A stretch of DNA of 43,373 bases from Candidatus Aenigmatarchaeota archaeon. Its GTDB lineage: Archaea; Aenigmatarchaeota; Aenigmatarchaeia; CG10238-14; SCSR01. The translations under genes were made by a program, and so were the position numbers. How positions within the stretch are numbered: position 1 is the stretch's first letter; each line of letters begins with the position of its first letter. This document shows positions 1 through 9,433 of this stretch, piece after piece. A model generated the notes under the pieces. It did no database searches. It was given only the letters and a program-made list of their open reading frames with translations, and was not told the DNA's origin. The stretch is taken from contig JASEGN010000002.1 of NCBI GenBank assembly GCA_030018055.1, forward strand, positions 1 through 43,373, written 5' to 3'.

Positions 1-917
1 TGAGTTTCTGTAAAACCAAATTCAGCGCATTTCACATCTAATCCTTTTTTATGCAGAGCTTTAGCTAAAGTCTGAGCATTCCTTATTATTTGAGAAGCGT
101 ATTCTCTACCAGTTTCCATAAATTCCAAACATGCAATGAGGTAAGGAGGTATTCTCATTAAATGATGATTTGACACTGTCTCTACTACGCTTTTTTTAAT
201 TCTTTCAAACTCTTTTAAATTCCTTGCATATATCAAACCACCTTGTGGCCCAAAAAATGTTTTATGTGTAGACGCTGTAACAACTGAAGCACCCTCTTCC
301 AAAGGGTTTTGGAATTTATTACCAGCTATTAAGCCAAGGACATGGGCAGCATCATATACTATAGGACCATCAAACAACTCTTTCAATTCTTTGATTGGCT
401 CTTGAAATAGGAACAAACTCTTCCCCAGAATAAGAAGCTTTGGTTTTATTCTTCTTAATTCTTCTTTTGTCTTTTTAATATCAATGTGGAAATAGTCATC
501 AGTTAAAGGAAAACTATAAGTTTGAAAACCGTATCTCCTTGCACCACTATTATGAGTGAAATGTCCACCTGAGGGTGTAGCATACGACATAATAGTATCA
601 CCAGGCTTACAGTACGCTGCTAAAACTATTCGATTAGCTTCGGCACCACTTATTGGTCTTAATTCAACTTGATCAGCATTGAATAGCTGTTTAGTTAGTT
701 CTATTGCTCTAGATTCTAACTGATCAATAATTTTTGTACCTTGATAATGCCTTTTGTAAGGCTCTCCTTCAGCATATCTTCCAATGAAATCAGATGAATA
801 TAATGACTGAGCCAATGGTGAGAGTTTATTTTCACTTGCAATTAAGTTTAGACATTCACTTCCTCTCCATTTATCCTGTTCTTTTACGAGTGAAATAGTT
901 TGTTGAAGTTTATTCAT
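1..917 (-). CDS. glyA: serine hydroxymethyltransferase, 3' end cut by window edge
   Basis: My own translation of the minus strand from the ATG at 915-917 gives MNKLQQTISLVKEQDKWRGSECLNLIASENKLSPLAQ...VVTASTHKTFFGPQGG. It carries the SHMT-type ASEN and T-HKT-GPxGG (PLP lysine) motifs. It is absent from the ORF track because no stop lies inside the window. Confidence 0.85.
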   Translation of the reverse strand, partial: MNKLQQTISLVKEQDKWRGSECLNLIASENKLSPLAQSLYSSDFIGRYAEGEPYKRHYQGTKIIDQLESRAIELTKQLFNADQVELRPISGAEANRIVLAAYCKPGDTIMSYATPSGGHFTHNSGARRYGFQTYSFPLTDDYFHIDIKKTKEELRRIKPKLLILGKSLFLFQEPIKELKELFDGPIVYDAAHVLGLIAGNKFQNPLEEGASVVTASTHKTFFGPQGGLIYARNLKEFERIKKSVVETVSNHHLMRIPPYLIACLEFMETGREYASQIIRNAQTLAKALHKKGLDVKCAEFGFTET

Positions 918-945
918 TTTCCCACAATTTATTTATTCTCTAAAT

Positions 946-1851
946 TTAGTTTCCTTTCTCCATTACATCAGTTATATCATATCCTCCTACAACAAGTTTA
1001 TTTGTTTTTACCTCATACAAAGCTTTGTTTCTAAATTCAAGAACACGGTCTGCAAATAATTTAATTGTATAGACAATTATCTGGTGCTCTTTTTCGACAC
1101 CATCCTTGCGCATACGAACAAACAAGGGTTCTGTTTCATACTCTTCTTTCTTAACCTGTTCTAAGGATCTAATTTTTAATTTTTCATCTAATCCTTGCCA
1201 AAGTGTATTATATTCACCACCCACTATAGGAAATTTGCAATAAGTTATTGGAGGTCCTCTATCTAACTCCTCAGTAACCTGAAGCATCATTACACCATGT
1301 TCATTTTCACGCTTTTCTATTATCTCCCAAATTACTGATTGCCATGTTCCTTTTGGACCCCAAGGTAAGGCTGGATGAAGAGCGATACAATCGTAAAATT
1401 CACATTTTGGCTTGCCCCAAATAGTCATATCACCAATCGAAACACATAAATCAGGCCTCTCATAATCTCCTAGATAACCTGGAGCCAAACAAGCTTCATC
1501 ATACAATTCCCTCCACTTATCTAAAATTGGTGTGTGAACGTCGTACCTTAACTTTCCGTGCAATGCTACTAGTTCTTCCTTACCCTTCTCTCTCATTTTA
1601 GGAGCAAACTTATCTGAAGAAAATGTAACCAAAGGTAACCCATAGCTATTAACCAACCTAAAAAATTCATCTCCATAAGGTCTTTCTCCTGGCTCTATGT
1701 TGCTGAACACGAATGATATTTCTATGTCAAGAATACCTTCATTCTTTGCTTTTAATACAGTTTCAAGTAACTCTCTTGCAGCCTTTCTACCTTCTTCTGA
1801 TTTCACTTCACCAGACGAAAACCATCCAATTTTATAAGTCATCATGCCCAC
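946..1851 (-). CDS. formyltransferase-domain protein (PurN/Fmt-like, atypically long)
   Basis: 301-aa ORF with a formyl_trans_N-like core (..IALHPALPWGPKG..). It sits between glyA and purD. It is longer than canonical PurN, so the substrate is uncertain. Confidence 0.5.
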   Translation of the reverse strand: MGMMTYKIGWFSSGEVKSEEGRKAARELLETVLKAKNEGILDIEISFVFSNIEPGERPYGDEFFRLVNSYGLPLVTFSSDKFAPKMREKGKEELVALHGKLRYDVHTPILDKWRELYDEACLAPGYLGDYERPDLCVSIGDMTIWGKPKCEFYDCIALHPALPWGPKGTWQSVIWEIIEKRENEHGVMMLQVTEELDRGPPITYCKFPIVGGEYNTLWQGLDEKLKIRSLEQVKKEEYETEPLFVRMRKDGVEKEHQIIVYTIKLFADRVLEFRNKALYEVKTNKLVVGGYDITDVMEKGN

Positions 1852-2820
1852 CCATATCTTCTTAACAATGTGCTATCAGGATACCTTTTTCTTCCATAAT
1901 CTGTAATACTCAGACTGGCAGCTTCTGTTGCAAGTTGTGCACATTCATTTAGTGATTTGTTTAAAAGTAAGCCAGCCAAAAAACCTGCATCGTAAACATC
2001 TCCTGCCCCTGTTGTATCAACAACCTCAACTTTAGTTATAGGAGTATAAATTTCTTTATCATTATAAAAAACTTTAGAACCTTCTTCACCTAGCTTACAT
2101 GCAACAATTTCAGAATATTTTAAAAGTTCTTTCACTCCCCTTTCATAGTTTTTTCCTGTAATGCGTTCAATTTCTTTATCATTTGCAAAAATAACATAAC
2201 TCTTTTCTATTATTGGTAGTAATGCGTCCAGCCCTCTTTCAGCATAAAGCATACCTGGATCAAAACTAATCTTTACATGCGAGGGAGTATTCTTCACAAC
2301 ATACTTCTGAGTTTCAAATGAGGTATCACCAACCATGGAAGTTAAATGTAGAAATTTTGTGTCGAAAGTCCAATCCAAACCAACCTTACCAAGAACTTCA
2401 TCGATAGTTAGTTCACGAACAGTACTAGGAAAAACACACAAAGTTCTATTTTTATTCTCATCCAAAAGGCAAACACAAATACTACTATCTCCTTTTTCCT
2501 TTAACGATTCCTGAAGTATCAACTGCTCCTAAATTATGAATTGAAAAATTACTGAATTCATCATTGCCAGCCTTGGTTATGTAACCAGTTTTAAATCCTA
2601 ATTTCGATAAGGCATATACCACATTTGTAGCTGAACCACCACCAGCACTTCCTTTAAATTTCCCAATTTTTCTTAATTTCTCCAAAAGTGGAGATAGTTC
2701 TTCACGCTTAAAAGAGCGCTCCTCACCAACTTCCAACTTTTTACTTACAAGACTAACGTCAACATTAATTTCATAGAAAGTATCAACATTCAATGCGCCA
2801 AAACCAATTACATCTTTCAT
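1842..2820 (-). pseudogene. PfkB-family sugar/nucleoside kinase interrupted by a single-nucleotide frameshift
   Basis: Two overlapping ORFs. 2485..2820 holds the N-terminal part (GFGALNVD, GGGSATN). 1842..2522 holds the C-terminal part with the DTTGAGDVYDAGF PfkB signature. Deleting one A from the A5 run (T5 on plus strand, 2493-2497) joins them as ..VDTSGIVKGK-GDSSICVCLLDEN.. Confidence 0.75.
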
Positions 2821-2826
2821 CTTAGT

Positions 2827-4200
2827 TCAACATAAGTTATATCTTAATTTTCTCATATGAGCTATGCTATTTTGTATGTATTCTTCTGATGCAATATCAT
2901 CCCTAAAATCAAGGTTATCTCCTCTAATAGCTTTGATACCTGCCAAAGAGATTTCTCTCGCTTCCGGTATGCTTGATGCAATTCCAAGTGAGTAAACAGT
3001 TCTAGAAGTCCCGGCAATATCATCGTTCATTGATGCTGGATAAACCCTAAGGCCTTCATAAATTTCTATAAGCCTTTCAACTTCACTAAAATCAACTTTT
3101 CTAACTTTCTTATCTTTTTCGGGATAAGGTGTTGGAACAAGATAAGTGCCGACTGTTGCCAATGGTTTAAATCTAATCGTTGTTAATTTTCTATTAACCA
3201 TAGCAAGGCAAACATCAACAAAATCATCTTCCATTTTTGCAAGCAAACCTATTATTTCTGGATCACCTGGTCTACTATTATCCTCAAAATGTTTGATACC
3301 ATCTTTTGTGCATGTAAAAGCAACGTAGAATGGCATACCACGTAAGTTAGCATTATACCCATTACCTCTTAGCCTAATAAATTTTCTATTAGTAATATCA
3401 ACAGCCTTATCATAATCTTCCTGTGTCATAAAGGGTAACAAATAGCCAACATCATCATAATGACCCATACCACCAGTATTAGGTCCTTTATCTTCCTTGA
3501 ATCTTCTCTTATAATCTCTAACAGCTGGTAATGGAATTAATTTTTCACCATCAGAGAAACATTGTAAGCTAAACTCTTCTCCTTCTATTTTTTCCTCTAT
3601 TATTACTGGACCACCTTCATACAGATTTCTAAAATGTTCCCATACCTCTTCTTGAGAGTTAAAATGATCGCCCCAAACACCAACACCTTTACCAAATCCT
3701 GGCTTGTCTGGTTTAACAGCAACTTTGTACTCTAATTCATCCAACCACTTATGAACCTCGTCTTTAATATAATAAGCTGGCATACCATATTTTGGATCCC
3801 ATACTTTAAACCTTGGATTAACTTCAGGTGCAACTTCTTGCGTTAATAATCGCTGTCTAACTTTGCTTGCTTCTATAGCATATTCCTTTGTAGGGCAAAT
3901 TACAGGTATACCAAGTTTCCTCTCAACAACGTCTCTTACTCCTGCAATTATCGGTACTTCAGAACCAGGTATTATAAAATTAATTTTATCTTTATATGGT
4001 CCATAGAAATCTATTATCGCATCCACATCAGATAAATCGGAAATAACTATATGTTGCGTAGCAACTTTTGCATTGAATGGATTTTTCTGTCTATCAGCTA
4101 CGTATAAACTTACATCATATTTCTCGCTTCTTAAAAGGGTTTCAGCCATTGCTACTTCTCTTGCACCATAGCTTATAATGCCTATGTCAATCTTTTTCAT
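2827..4200 (-). CDS. purD: phosphoribosylamine-glycine ligase (ATP-grasp, divergent)
   Basis: 457-aa ORF with PurD-like motifs GPNTGGMG and NSRPGDPE and an ATP-grasp central region. The N-terminal GAREVAMAE is divergent from GGREHA. Confidence 0.7.
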   Translation of the reverse strand: MKKIDIGIISYGAREVAMAETLLRSEKYDVSLYVADRQKNPFNAKVATQHIVISDLSDVDAIIDFYGPYKDKINFIIPGSEVPIIAGVRDVVERKLGIPVICPTKEYAIEASKVRQRLLTQEVAPEVNPRFKVWDPKYGMPAYYIKDEVHKWLDELEYKVAVKPDKPGFGKGVGVWGDHFNSQEEVWEHFRNLYEGGPVIIEEKIEGEEFSLQCFSDGEKLIPLPAVRDYKRRFKEDKGPNTGGMGHYDDVGYLLPFMTQEDYDKAVDITNRKFIRLRGNGYNANLRGMPFYVAFTCTKDGIKHFEDNSRPGDPEIIGLLAKMEDDFVDVCLAMVNRKLTTIRFKPLATVGTYLVPTPYPEKDKKVRKVDFSEVERLIEIYEGLRVYPASMNDDIAGTSRTVYSLGIASSIPEAREISLAGIKAIRGDNLDFRDDIASEEYIQNSIAHMRKLRYNLC

Positions 4201-4204
4201 TTTA

Positions 4205-5458
4205 TCAACTTCGGTACAAAGCTTTTAAATGATTTTTCATCTCTCTATTAGCATCCATTACATAGTCGAATCTTTCTCTTATATTTCTTGGTGTAAATGC
4301 TGTTAACCCACTATACCTTTCCTCTACTTTATCAAAATCAAACTTCCCGTTATCTATATCCTCGTATACTGGAATTAGGAGTGAAAAATCAGGCACCAAA
4401 AAATTAACTTTACATGAATATAGACTATGTGGATCTGTGTTATTAATTGCAAATCCATATTTAGAAAAAGCTAAGCCATCTGCACCAACAATACTATCAT
4501 CACCAAAAACCAAATTACCTTCTCGCGAGATTTTCCAAAGAGTCCAAACTTTATTATGTCCCCCTGTTATACCCTTTTCTTCCTTAAGAAGGTATACAAA
4601 TTCTCTTCGCAAATCTTCACTGATAATTTTATCAAAAAGTTCTATGCGCGCTTTATTCAGTTCTGCTACAGTTGCTTTATCACCAGATTGAGAAGCCTTA
4701 AATATTCCTGAGCAGATTGGAAACAGTTTATCTAAAACTTCAGCTAGTTCATCCTTATTTTTAATTAAAACATCAAATGGTGATCTTTCTCTTAATTCCT
4801 CTTCAAATAAACTTCTATCAAATCCTTTACTTCTTTTAAAATCAAAATATCTCAATCTTTCTGTCGATAATTGATGGCCATGAGAAACAACATGAGAAGA
4901 TGGTATTCCATATTTATGTGCGGTAGCAAGTGACATAATAGGATGAGAGTTTGTTGCAAGATACGCTCCACCATTTTCCATAGCATATTCCAATAACTCT
5001 TCAATGCCAGGTGATTCTTGTATAATAGTTTTTCCCTTTCCATTTATATAGTTCTCAATCCCTACAAATTCAATTAAATGTTTATCATCCACACCATCAC
5101 ATGCAGCTATACAATCGCTTGCAATTGGTGTTGTTCCAGTAGAGTGACCTATGAATCTTTCTTCAGTGGATTGCATGTAAAATCTTTTCAAACCATCAAT
5201 ATCCCATAGCGGCACTCCATCTTGTACTTTAAGAAAGGGATGCTCATCTACCCATGCTCTGTCATCCCATTTATCAAAATCTGTTAATTGTTCTTCAGTA
5301 AATCTCTGTTTAACATCTTCTGATAAAGATCTGTATAGCATCCAAGCTAAATCAACTGCTGGTAAAACCACAAACCCCTCATAATCAAAAACTTTAGGTA
5401 TTGGTGTAAACAATCTTTGCAAAAAATTTTCAACAGTTCGTGGAAGGGTTATTACCAT
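4205..5458 (-). CDS. hypothetical protein, possible HAD-like fold
   Basis: 417-aa ORF placed 4 nt from purD. Weak HAD-like motifs are WDIDGL (motif I-like) and GDDSIVGADG (motif IV-like). I recognise no confident family. Confidence 0.55.
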   Translation of the reverse strand: MVITLPRTVENFLQRLFTPIPKVFDYEGFVVLPAVDLAWMLYRSLSEDVKQRFTEEQLTDFDKWDDRAWVDEHPFLKVQDGVPLWDIDGLKRFYMQSTEERFIGHSTGTTPIASDCIAACDGVDDKHLIEFVGIENYINGKGKTIIQESPGIEELLEYAMENGGAYLATNSHPIMSLATAHKYGIPSSHVVSHGHQLSTERLRYFDFKRSKGFDRSLFEEELRERSPFDVLIKNKDELAEVLDKLFPICSGIFKASQSGDKATVAELNKARIELFDKIISEDLRREFVYLLKEEKGITGGHNKVWTLWKISREGNLVFGDDSIVGADGLAFSKYGFAINNTDPHSLYSCKVNFLVPDFSLLIPVYEDIDNGKFDFDKVEERYSGLTAFTPRNIRERFDYVMDANREMKNHLKALYRS

Positions 5459-5521
5459 CTTATCTTTTTAATTATAAAACAATAAACTTTTTAAATTTTT
5501 AAAAAAAGAAATAAAAAAAGT

Positions 5522-6205
5522 ATGGAATATAATAGGTTAGAACTTTCGAGAGAGGATTTATTAAAAACTAATTTTATATTTTTCTACAAACATGAAGAAC
5601 TATGTGCTACTCCAGCTGGAAGGGAGCTATTCTCAGATGTGAGAGAAGCTATAGAGAAGGGATATTTTATACGTCCAGGGAATGTTTGGATTCGTGTGGA
5701 TAATGTAGAAGATAGGAAAATTGAAGGTGAAATAATGATGCGTTTTGTATATCCAAAAGAATCTTATGTACTCAAGAAAAAAGTTAAAAAAAGTTGGAAG
5801 CTTCATCTAACTCCTTTGACAAGGGAACTTAGATTAGGACTTAACACTGGATACGAGCTTCTTTTCTGTGAGGAAGTTGAAAAGCTCCCCTATGAGTTCA
5901 TGGCATTTGATCCAAAGTCTTATGGATCGGAAATGATAAAACATCCTAGCTTGAAGGACTACCCACTAGGACCAAGAAGTAAATTGGTACTATTTGTAAC
6001 TCCAGAACCACCAGGATACTTTCAGTTTGCATCCACAATGCCAGAGTGGGAGAACGAAATTTGTAATTATATTTCTAAGGCATGTGCCGTTAACCAGATT
6101 TTAATACCAGACCGTTGGGTACTTTTACGTATTTGGTCTGAAAAAGCGATGCTTACACAGGGAAGTGTGTTTGGTCTAATCGGAGAACTTTATACTGAAC
6201 TATAG
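5522..6205 (+). CDS. hypothetical protein
   Basis: 227-aa ORF, divergent from the 4205..5458 gene. No recognisable motifs. Confidence 0.5.
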   Translation: MEYNRLELSREDLLKTNFIFFYKHEELCATPAGRELFSDVREAIEKGYFIRPGNVWIRVDNVEDRKIEGEIMMRFVYPKESYVLKKKVKKSWKLHLTPLTRELRLGLNTGYELLFCEEVEKLPYEFMAFDPKSYGSEMIKHPSLKDYPLGPRSKLVLFVTPEPPGYFQFASTMPEWENEICNYISKACAVNQILIPDRWVLLRIWSEKAMLTQGSVFGLIGELYTEL

Positions 6206-6211
6206 ACTATT

Positions 6212-7186
6212 TTAATAAGCTGTTGTAATGGTTAGATGATAGGGCTCTTTCCATTCTCCAAATTCAGCATCTGACCATAATTTATAATCCAAGTGCAAGG
6301 CGTTGATTTTGGGTTTACGATATTTATTTATTTCTTTAACAAGCAAGTCGCAGGCATAAATTGTGTTAGCTCTAATCTCTTGCTCCTCTTTGCTATCCTT
6401 TTCTATTAACTCTTTGTTTAAAATTTTTCTTTCCAATGAATCAACACATTTTATAACTCCAAGTCTTCTTAAACTCCTTGGCAATTGATAATCTGCAAAA
6501 ACTGTTAACTCATCCACATCCTTAATTTCAAATTTTTCTCTTAGCTTATCGTACAACATACCAACAGTTAGTTGTGCTCTTTTATAAAATTTTAAAACAT
6601 GTGTTTTATACGGGCTAATGTCATTAAAAGATGGAAAGTTATTAACTAATAGGTCGACTATTCCCTTTTCATCATCTTCGCTGAACGCCCTTTTATTTGT
6701 TTCTTCTACCAAATTGTAAAAATGACCATCATATTTTTCTAATAACGCACGTCCAACTTCATTTAAAATTTTAACCCTTTCATCAAGCATAGGAATCTCC
6801 ACATTTCCGCGAAAAATTTTAGCTGCAGCACTTCTACTCAATTCTGCTAAAAAATTTGCATCGAGAACTGGAATTTTATTATCCAAAGCTCTCTTTAAAC
6901 ATCCCCACATCCCAAATGCAGATGCTTGTATACCCTTGTAGTAAGTCTCAAAAGTTTCAATTCCGTCTTCTTTCATCCAATATTTAAAGTTAATCGAATT
7001 CCCTATGAAGAAGAAATCTACTACCTTCTCATACTTATCTTGGATGAAAACTGGTTCGTTCCATTCGGGTAATCTTAATTCTTCTTTAGCTAAGATAGGT
7101 GCTATCTCTTTTATTCGGTCTTCATCGGTAAAAACATAGCTCAAATTTTCTAGGAGTGGTTTTAGGCTTGGGATTACAGGGTTCAT
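6212..7186 (-). CDS. DUF2419 / Qng1-like queuosine-salvage family protein
   Basis: 324-aa ORF. ..FADYQLPRSLRRLGV.. and the C-terminal ..YHLTITTAY resemble the FADY-xP-xLR and H-T-TxxY C-terminal motifs of the DUF2419 (C9orf64/Qng1) family, as I recall them. Confidence 0.55.
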   Translation of the reverse strand: MNPVIPSLKPLLENLSYVFTDEDRIKEIAPILAKEELRLPEWNEPVFIQDKYEKVVDFFFIGNSINFKYWMKEDGIETFETYYKGIQASAFGMWGCLKRALDNKIPVLDANFLAELSRSAAAKIFRGNVEIPMLDERVKILNEVGRALLEKYDGHFYNLVEETNKRAFSEDDEKGIVDLLVNNFPSFNDISPYKTHVLKFYKRAQLTVGMLYDKLREKFEIKDVDELTVFADYQLPRSLRRLGVIKCVDSLERKILNKELIEKDSKEEQEIRANTIYACDLLVKEINKYRKPKINALHLDYKLWSDAEFGEWKEPYHLTITTAY

Positions 7187-7242
7187 AAAAATTATTTCAT
7201 TTTAATCATTTTAAAAATTAAGAAGAGAGATCCAAAAAAAGA

Positions 7243-7674
7243 TTATTCATCATCAGAGAGTATGTGGTTATTTTGTTTGCGTAAGATAGACGATTTGTAG
7301 ATATCGGGTTCGAAGGCTTCTAACCTTACAATCTCTGGATTTAAACCCCTTTGATTTAATATTGTTTTTAAATTATCCGTAAAATGATGTTGGTCATAGC
7401 CCAAACAAATAACATTGGGCTTTAATTCCTCAATAATAGCATACTTATCTCCTTCATGGCCTAACGTAGCTTCATCAACATAATCTAGATTCTGTATTAT
7501 AGCAAGCCTTGTTAGTTCATCGTTCAAAGGATATTTTCCTTTAATTTCTTTTACTGTAGAATTTCTTGCAACAACTACAATTAATTCATTCCCATATTTC
7601 TTTGCTTCTCTCAGATAAAACTCGTGCCCTGGATGAAATTCATCAAATGTTCCAAATGTTAGTACCCTTTTCAT
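7243..7674 (-). CDS. cytidylyltransferase-like nucleotidyltransferase (RibL-type FAD synthase or related)
   Basis: 143-aa ORF with the N-terminal GTFDEFHPGH (HxGH nucleotidyltransferase motif). Confidence 0.6.
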   Translation of the reverse strand: MKRVLTFGTFDEFHPGHEFYLREAKKYGNELIVVVARNSTVKEIKGKYPLNDELTRLAIIQNLDYVDEATLGHEGDKYAIIEELKPNVICLGYDQHHFTDNLKTILNQRGLNPEIVRLEAFEPDIYKSSILRKQNNHILSDDE

Positions 7675-7749
7675 TTTCTCTAACCTACGAGAATGTATAG
7701 TTTAGTTTATAAATAGATTTATTATAACATTGAGAAGAAAAAGCTTTTA

Positions 7750-8601
7750 ATGATAAGTAAATTCAGGGCAATTGAAAATATGGATGTTAAGGAACTTGGA
7801 AGATGCGGTGTGAAAGTGCCCGCAATTGGAATGGGTACATGGGGAATTGGTGGGTATACTACAAGAGATACTACTCATGATAAGGAGGCTATAGTAGCCT
7901 TGAGAAAAGGTATTGAGCTAGGGTTGTATTTAATTGATACTGCTGAAATGTATGGTAATGGGCATTGTGAAGAAATTGTTGGTGAAGCCATTAAACCATT
8001 TCCTAGAGAACAAGTTTTCATAGTTTCAAAAGTTTTACCAGAGCATCTATGTTACAATGATGTTATCAAAGCTGCTAGAGGAAGCTTAAAAAGACTTAAG
8101 ACAAATTTTATCGACCTGTACTTAATCCATTCCCCAAATTCTAGAGTACCACTTAAAGAAACTATGGGAGCTATGGAAAAATTGGTTGGAGATGGTTTAG
8201 TTAGGTTTATTGGCGTTAGCAATTTCGATGTTACTGAAATGGAAGAAGCTAGAAATTATCTTTCTACGAATGACATTGTTGTTAACCAGGTTGAATACAG
8301 TTTGCTTGAGAGAAGTATAGAAAGGGATGTGCTACCCTATTGTATTAAGAATCAGATTACGGTAATGGCCTATACACCATTAGCAAAGGGTGAATTGGCA
8401 AGGAATAAATTTCTTCGAGAAATTGGTGAGAAATATGGAAAAAATCCAGCCCAAGTAGCACTTAACTGGTTAATTTCAAAGGAGAATGTTATAGCTATAC
8501 CAAAAGCTATTAACTTGCGTCACGTAGAGGAGAATGTTGGTGCGATGGGATGGAGATTATCAAAAAGTGATGTAGAGAGCATATCATCTTACTTCAAGTA
8601 A
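7750..8601 (+). CDS. aldo/keto reductase
   Basis: 283-aa ORF with AKR-family motifs GMGTWGIGG, IDTAEMYGNG and LYLIHSP. Confidence 0.85.
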   Translation: MISKFRAIENMDVKELGRCGVKVPAIGMGTWGIGGYTTRDTTHDKEAIVALRKGIELGLYLIDTAEMYGNGHCEEIVGEAIKPFPREQVFIVSKVLPEHLCYNDVIKAARGSLKRLKTNFIDLYLIHSPNSRVPLKETMGAMEKLVGDGLVRFIGVSNFDVTEMEEARNYLSTNDIVVNQVEYSLLERSIERDVLPYCIKNQITVMAYTPLAKGELARNKFLREIGEKYGKNPAQVALNWLISKENVIAIPKAINLRHVEENVGAMGWRLSKSDVESISSYFK

Positions 8602-8614
8602 AATGGTTTAAAAG

Positions 8615-9235
8615 TTAAATACTAAATTTGTGAACCTCCTTAAGCCATCGATACGCTTCACTAGCTAATGGGTCTAGAAAGGGTTCTTCTATTCTGCTTA
8701 ATATTTTCAACATTTTCTCTGCTTCCCTACGTTGTTTTTTCTTATATTCCATGCTATTTTTTAATATAGCCTCTGCTTCCATCCCTAAGCTATTTCTTCT
8801 AAAAGCTTCATACCCAAGTTTCCATGTATCTTGTTCTTTCTCTTTGTCGTAACTTGAGAATGCTTCTCCTCTTTTTTCCTCAGGAAGATTATTAAGCTCT
8901 TCACGGTTGCCACCAAGTAGAAAATGCAATTTTCCCACAAATTTATAAGGATCCCCGTAGAATTCATCTATTAACACATGTTCTTCAGATAATTTAATAA
9001 CAAAGTTTAAATAAGTTTTAAATTGCTCACTTTTGTTTTTGAAGTAACTGTCTATTTCACTTCTTTCTACTCCCCACGTTAATAACTCATATGCCGCTTC
9101 CGTAGCTAGAGCTAGATCTTCCCTTAATTGTTCTTCCGTTTTAGCAGCATATCCTTTTGCTATGTAGGTATCTATGATATATCCAATTTTTCCAAGAATT
9201 TCAAGTTGTTCAACTAATACCTTATCATTCATCAC
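8615..9235 (-). CDS. hypothetical protein
   Basis: 206-aa ORF, helical and charged. No recognised family. Confidence 0.45.
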   Translation of the reverse strand: MMNDKVLVEQLEILGKIGYIIDTYIAKGYAAKTEEQLREDLALATEAAYELLTWGVERSEIDSYFKNKSEQFKTYLNFVIKLSEEHVLIDEFYGDPYKFVGKLHFLLGGNREELNNLPEEKRGEAFSSYDKEKEQDTWKLGYEAFRRNSLGMEAEAILKNSMEYKKKQRREAEKMLKILSRIEEPFLDPLASEAYRWLKEVHKFSI

Positions 9236-9317
9236 AAATATTATTTGTTTTAGATATAGTTTTAAAAATATTCAGATTTTGACCAACGAAGAGATAATCA
9301 GATAATTAAAGGCTATG

Positions 9318-9401
9318 TGGACCGGGCGGGACTTGAACCCACAACCTCGGCTTTGCAAGAGCCGCGATTTTGGCAAACTTCTACCATTGATCTACCGGCC
9401 C
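9318..9401 (-). tRNA. tRNA-Ala (anticodon UGC) with 12-nt intron in the D-arm
   Basis: Minus strand reads GGGCCGG UA GAUC AAUGGUA G[AAGUUUGCCAAA]AUC G CGGCU CUUGCAA AGCCG AGGUU GUGGG UUCAAGU CCCGC CCGGUCC A. It has a 7-bp acceptor with the G3:U70 Ala identity pair and a good T-arm. The cloverleaf only closes if 12 nt are removed from the 3' side of the D-stem. CCA is not encoded. Confidence 0.85.
9369..9380 (-). other. mini-intron of tRNA-Ala (between D-stem positions 22/23)
   Basis: D-loop UGGU pairs with intron GCCA as a 4-bp central helix. It is flanked by 3-nt bulges AGA and AAA. Cutting after the 2nd bulge nucleotide gives exactly the GAUC/GAUC D-stem. There is no inner helix, only a 5-nt loop. 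Confidence 0.6.
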
Positions 9402-9433
9402 ATAATTTTATTATCCATCTTAATTTATAAATA

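Noticed and set aside
2440-2560. BHB intron as the cause of the PfkB frame break
   Set aside because: No 4-bp helix flanked by two 3-nt bulges could be placed there. The family alignment is continuous after removing a single A, so there is no room for an intron of 11 nt or more.
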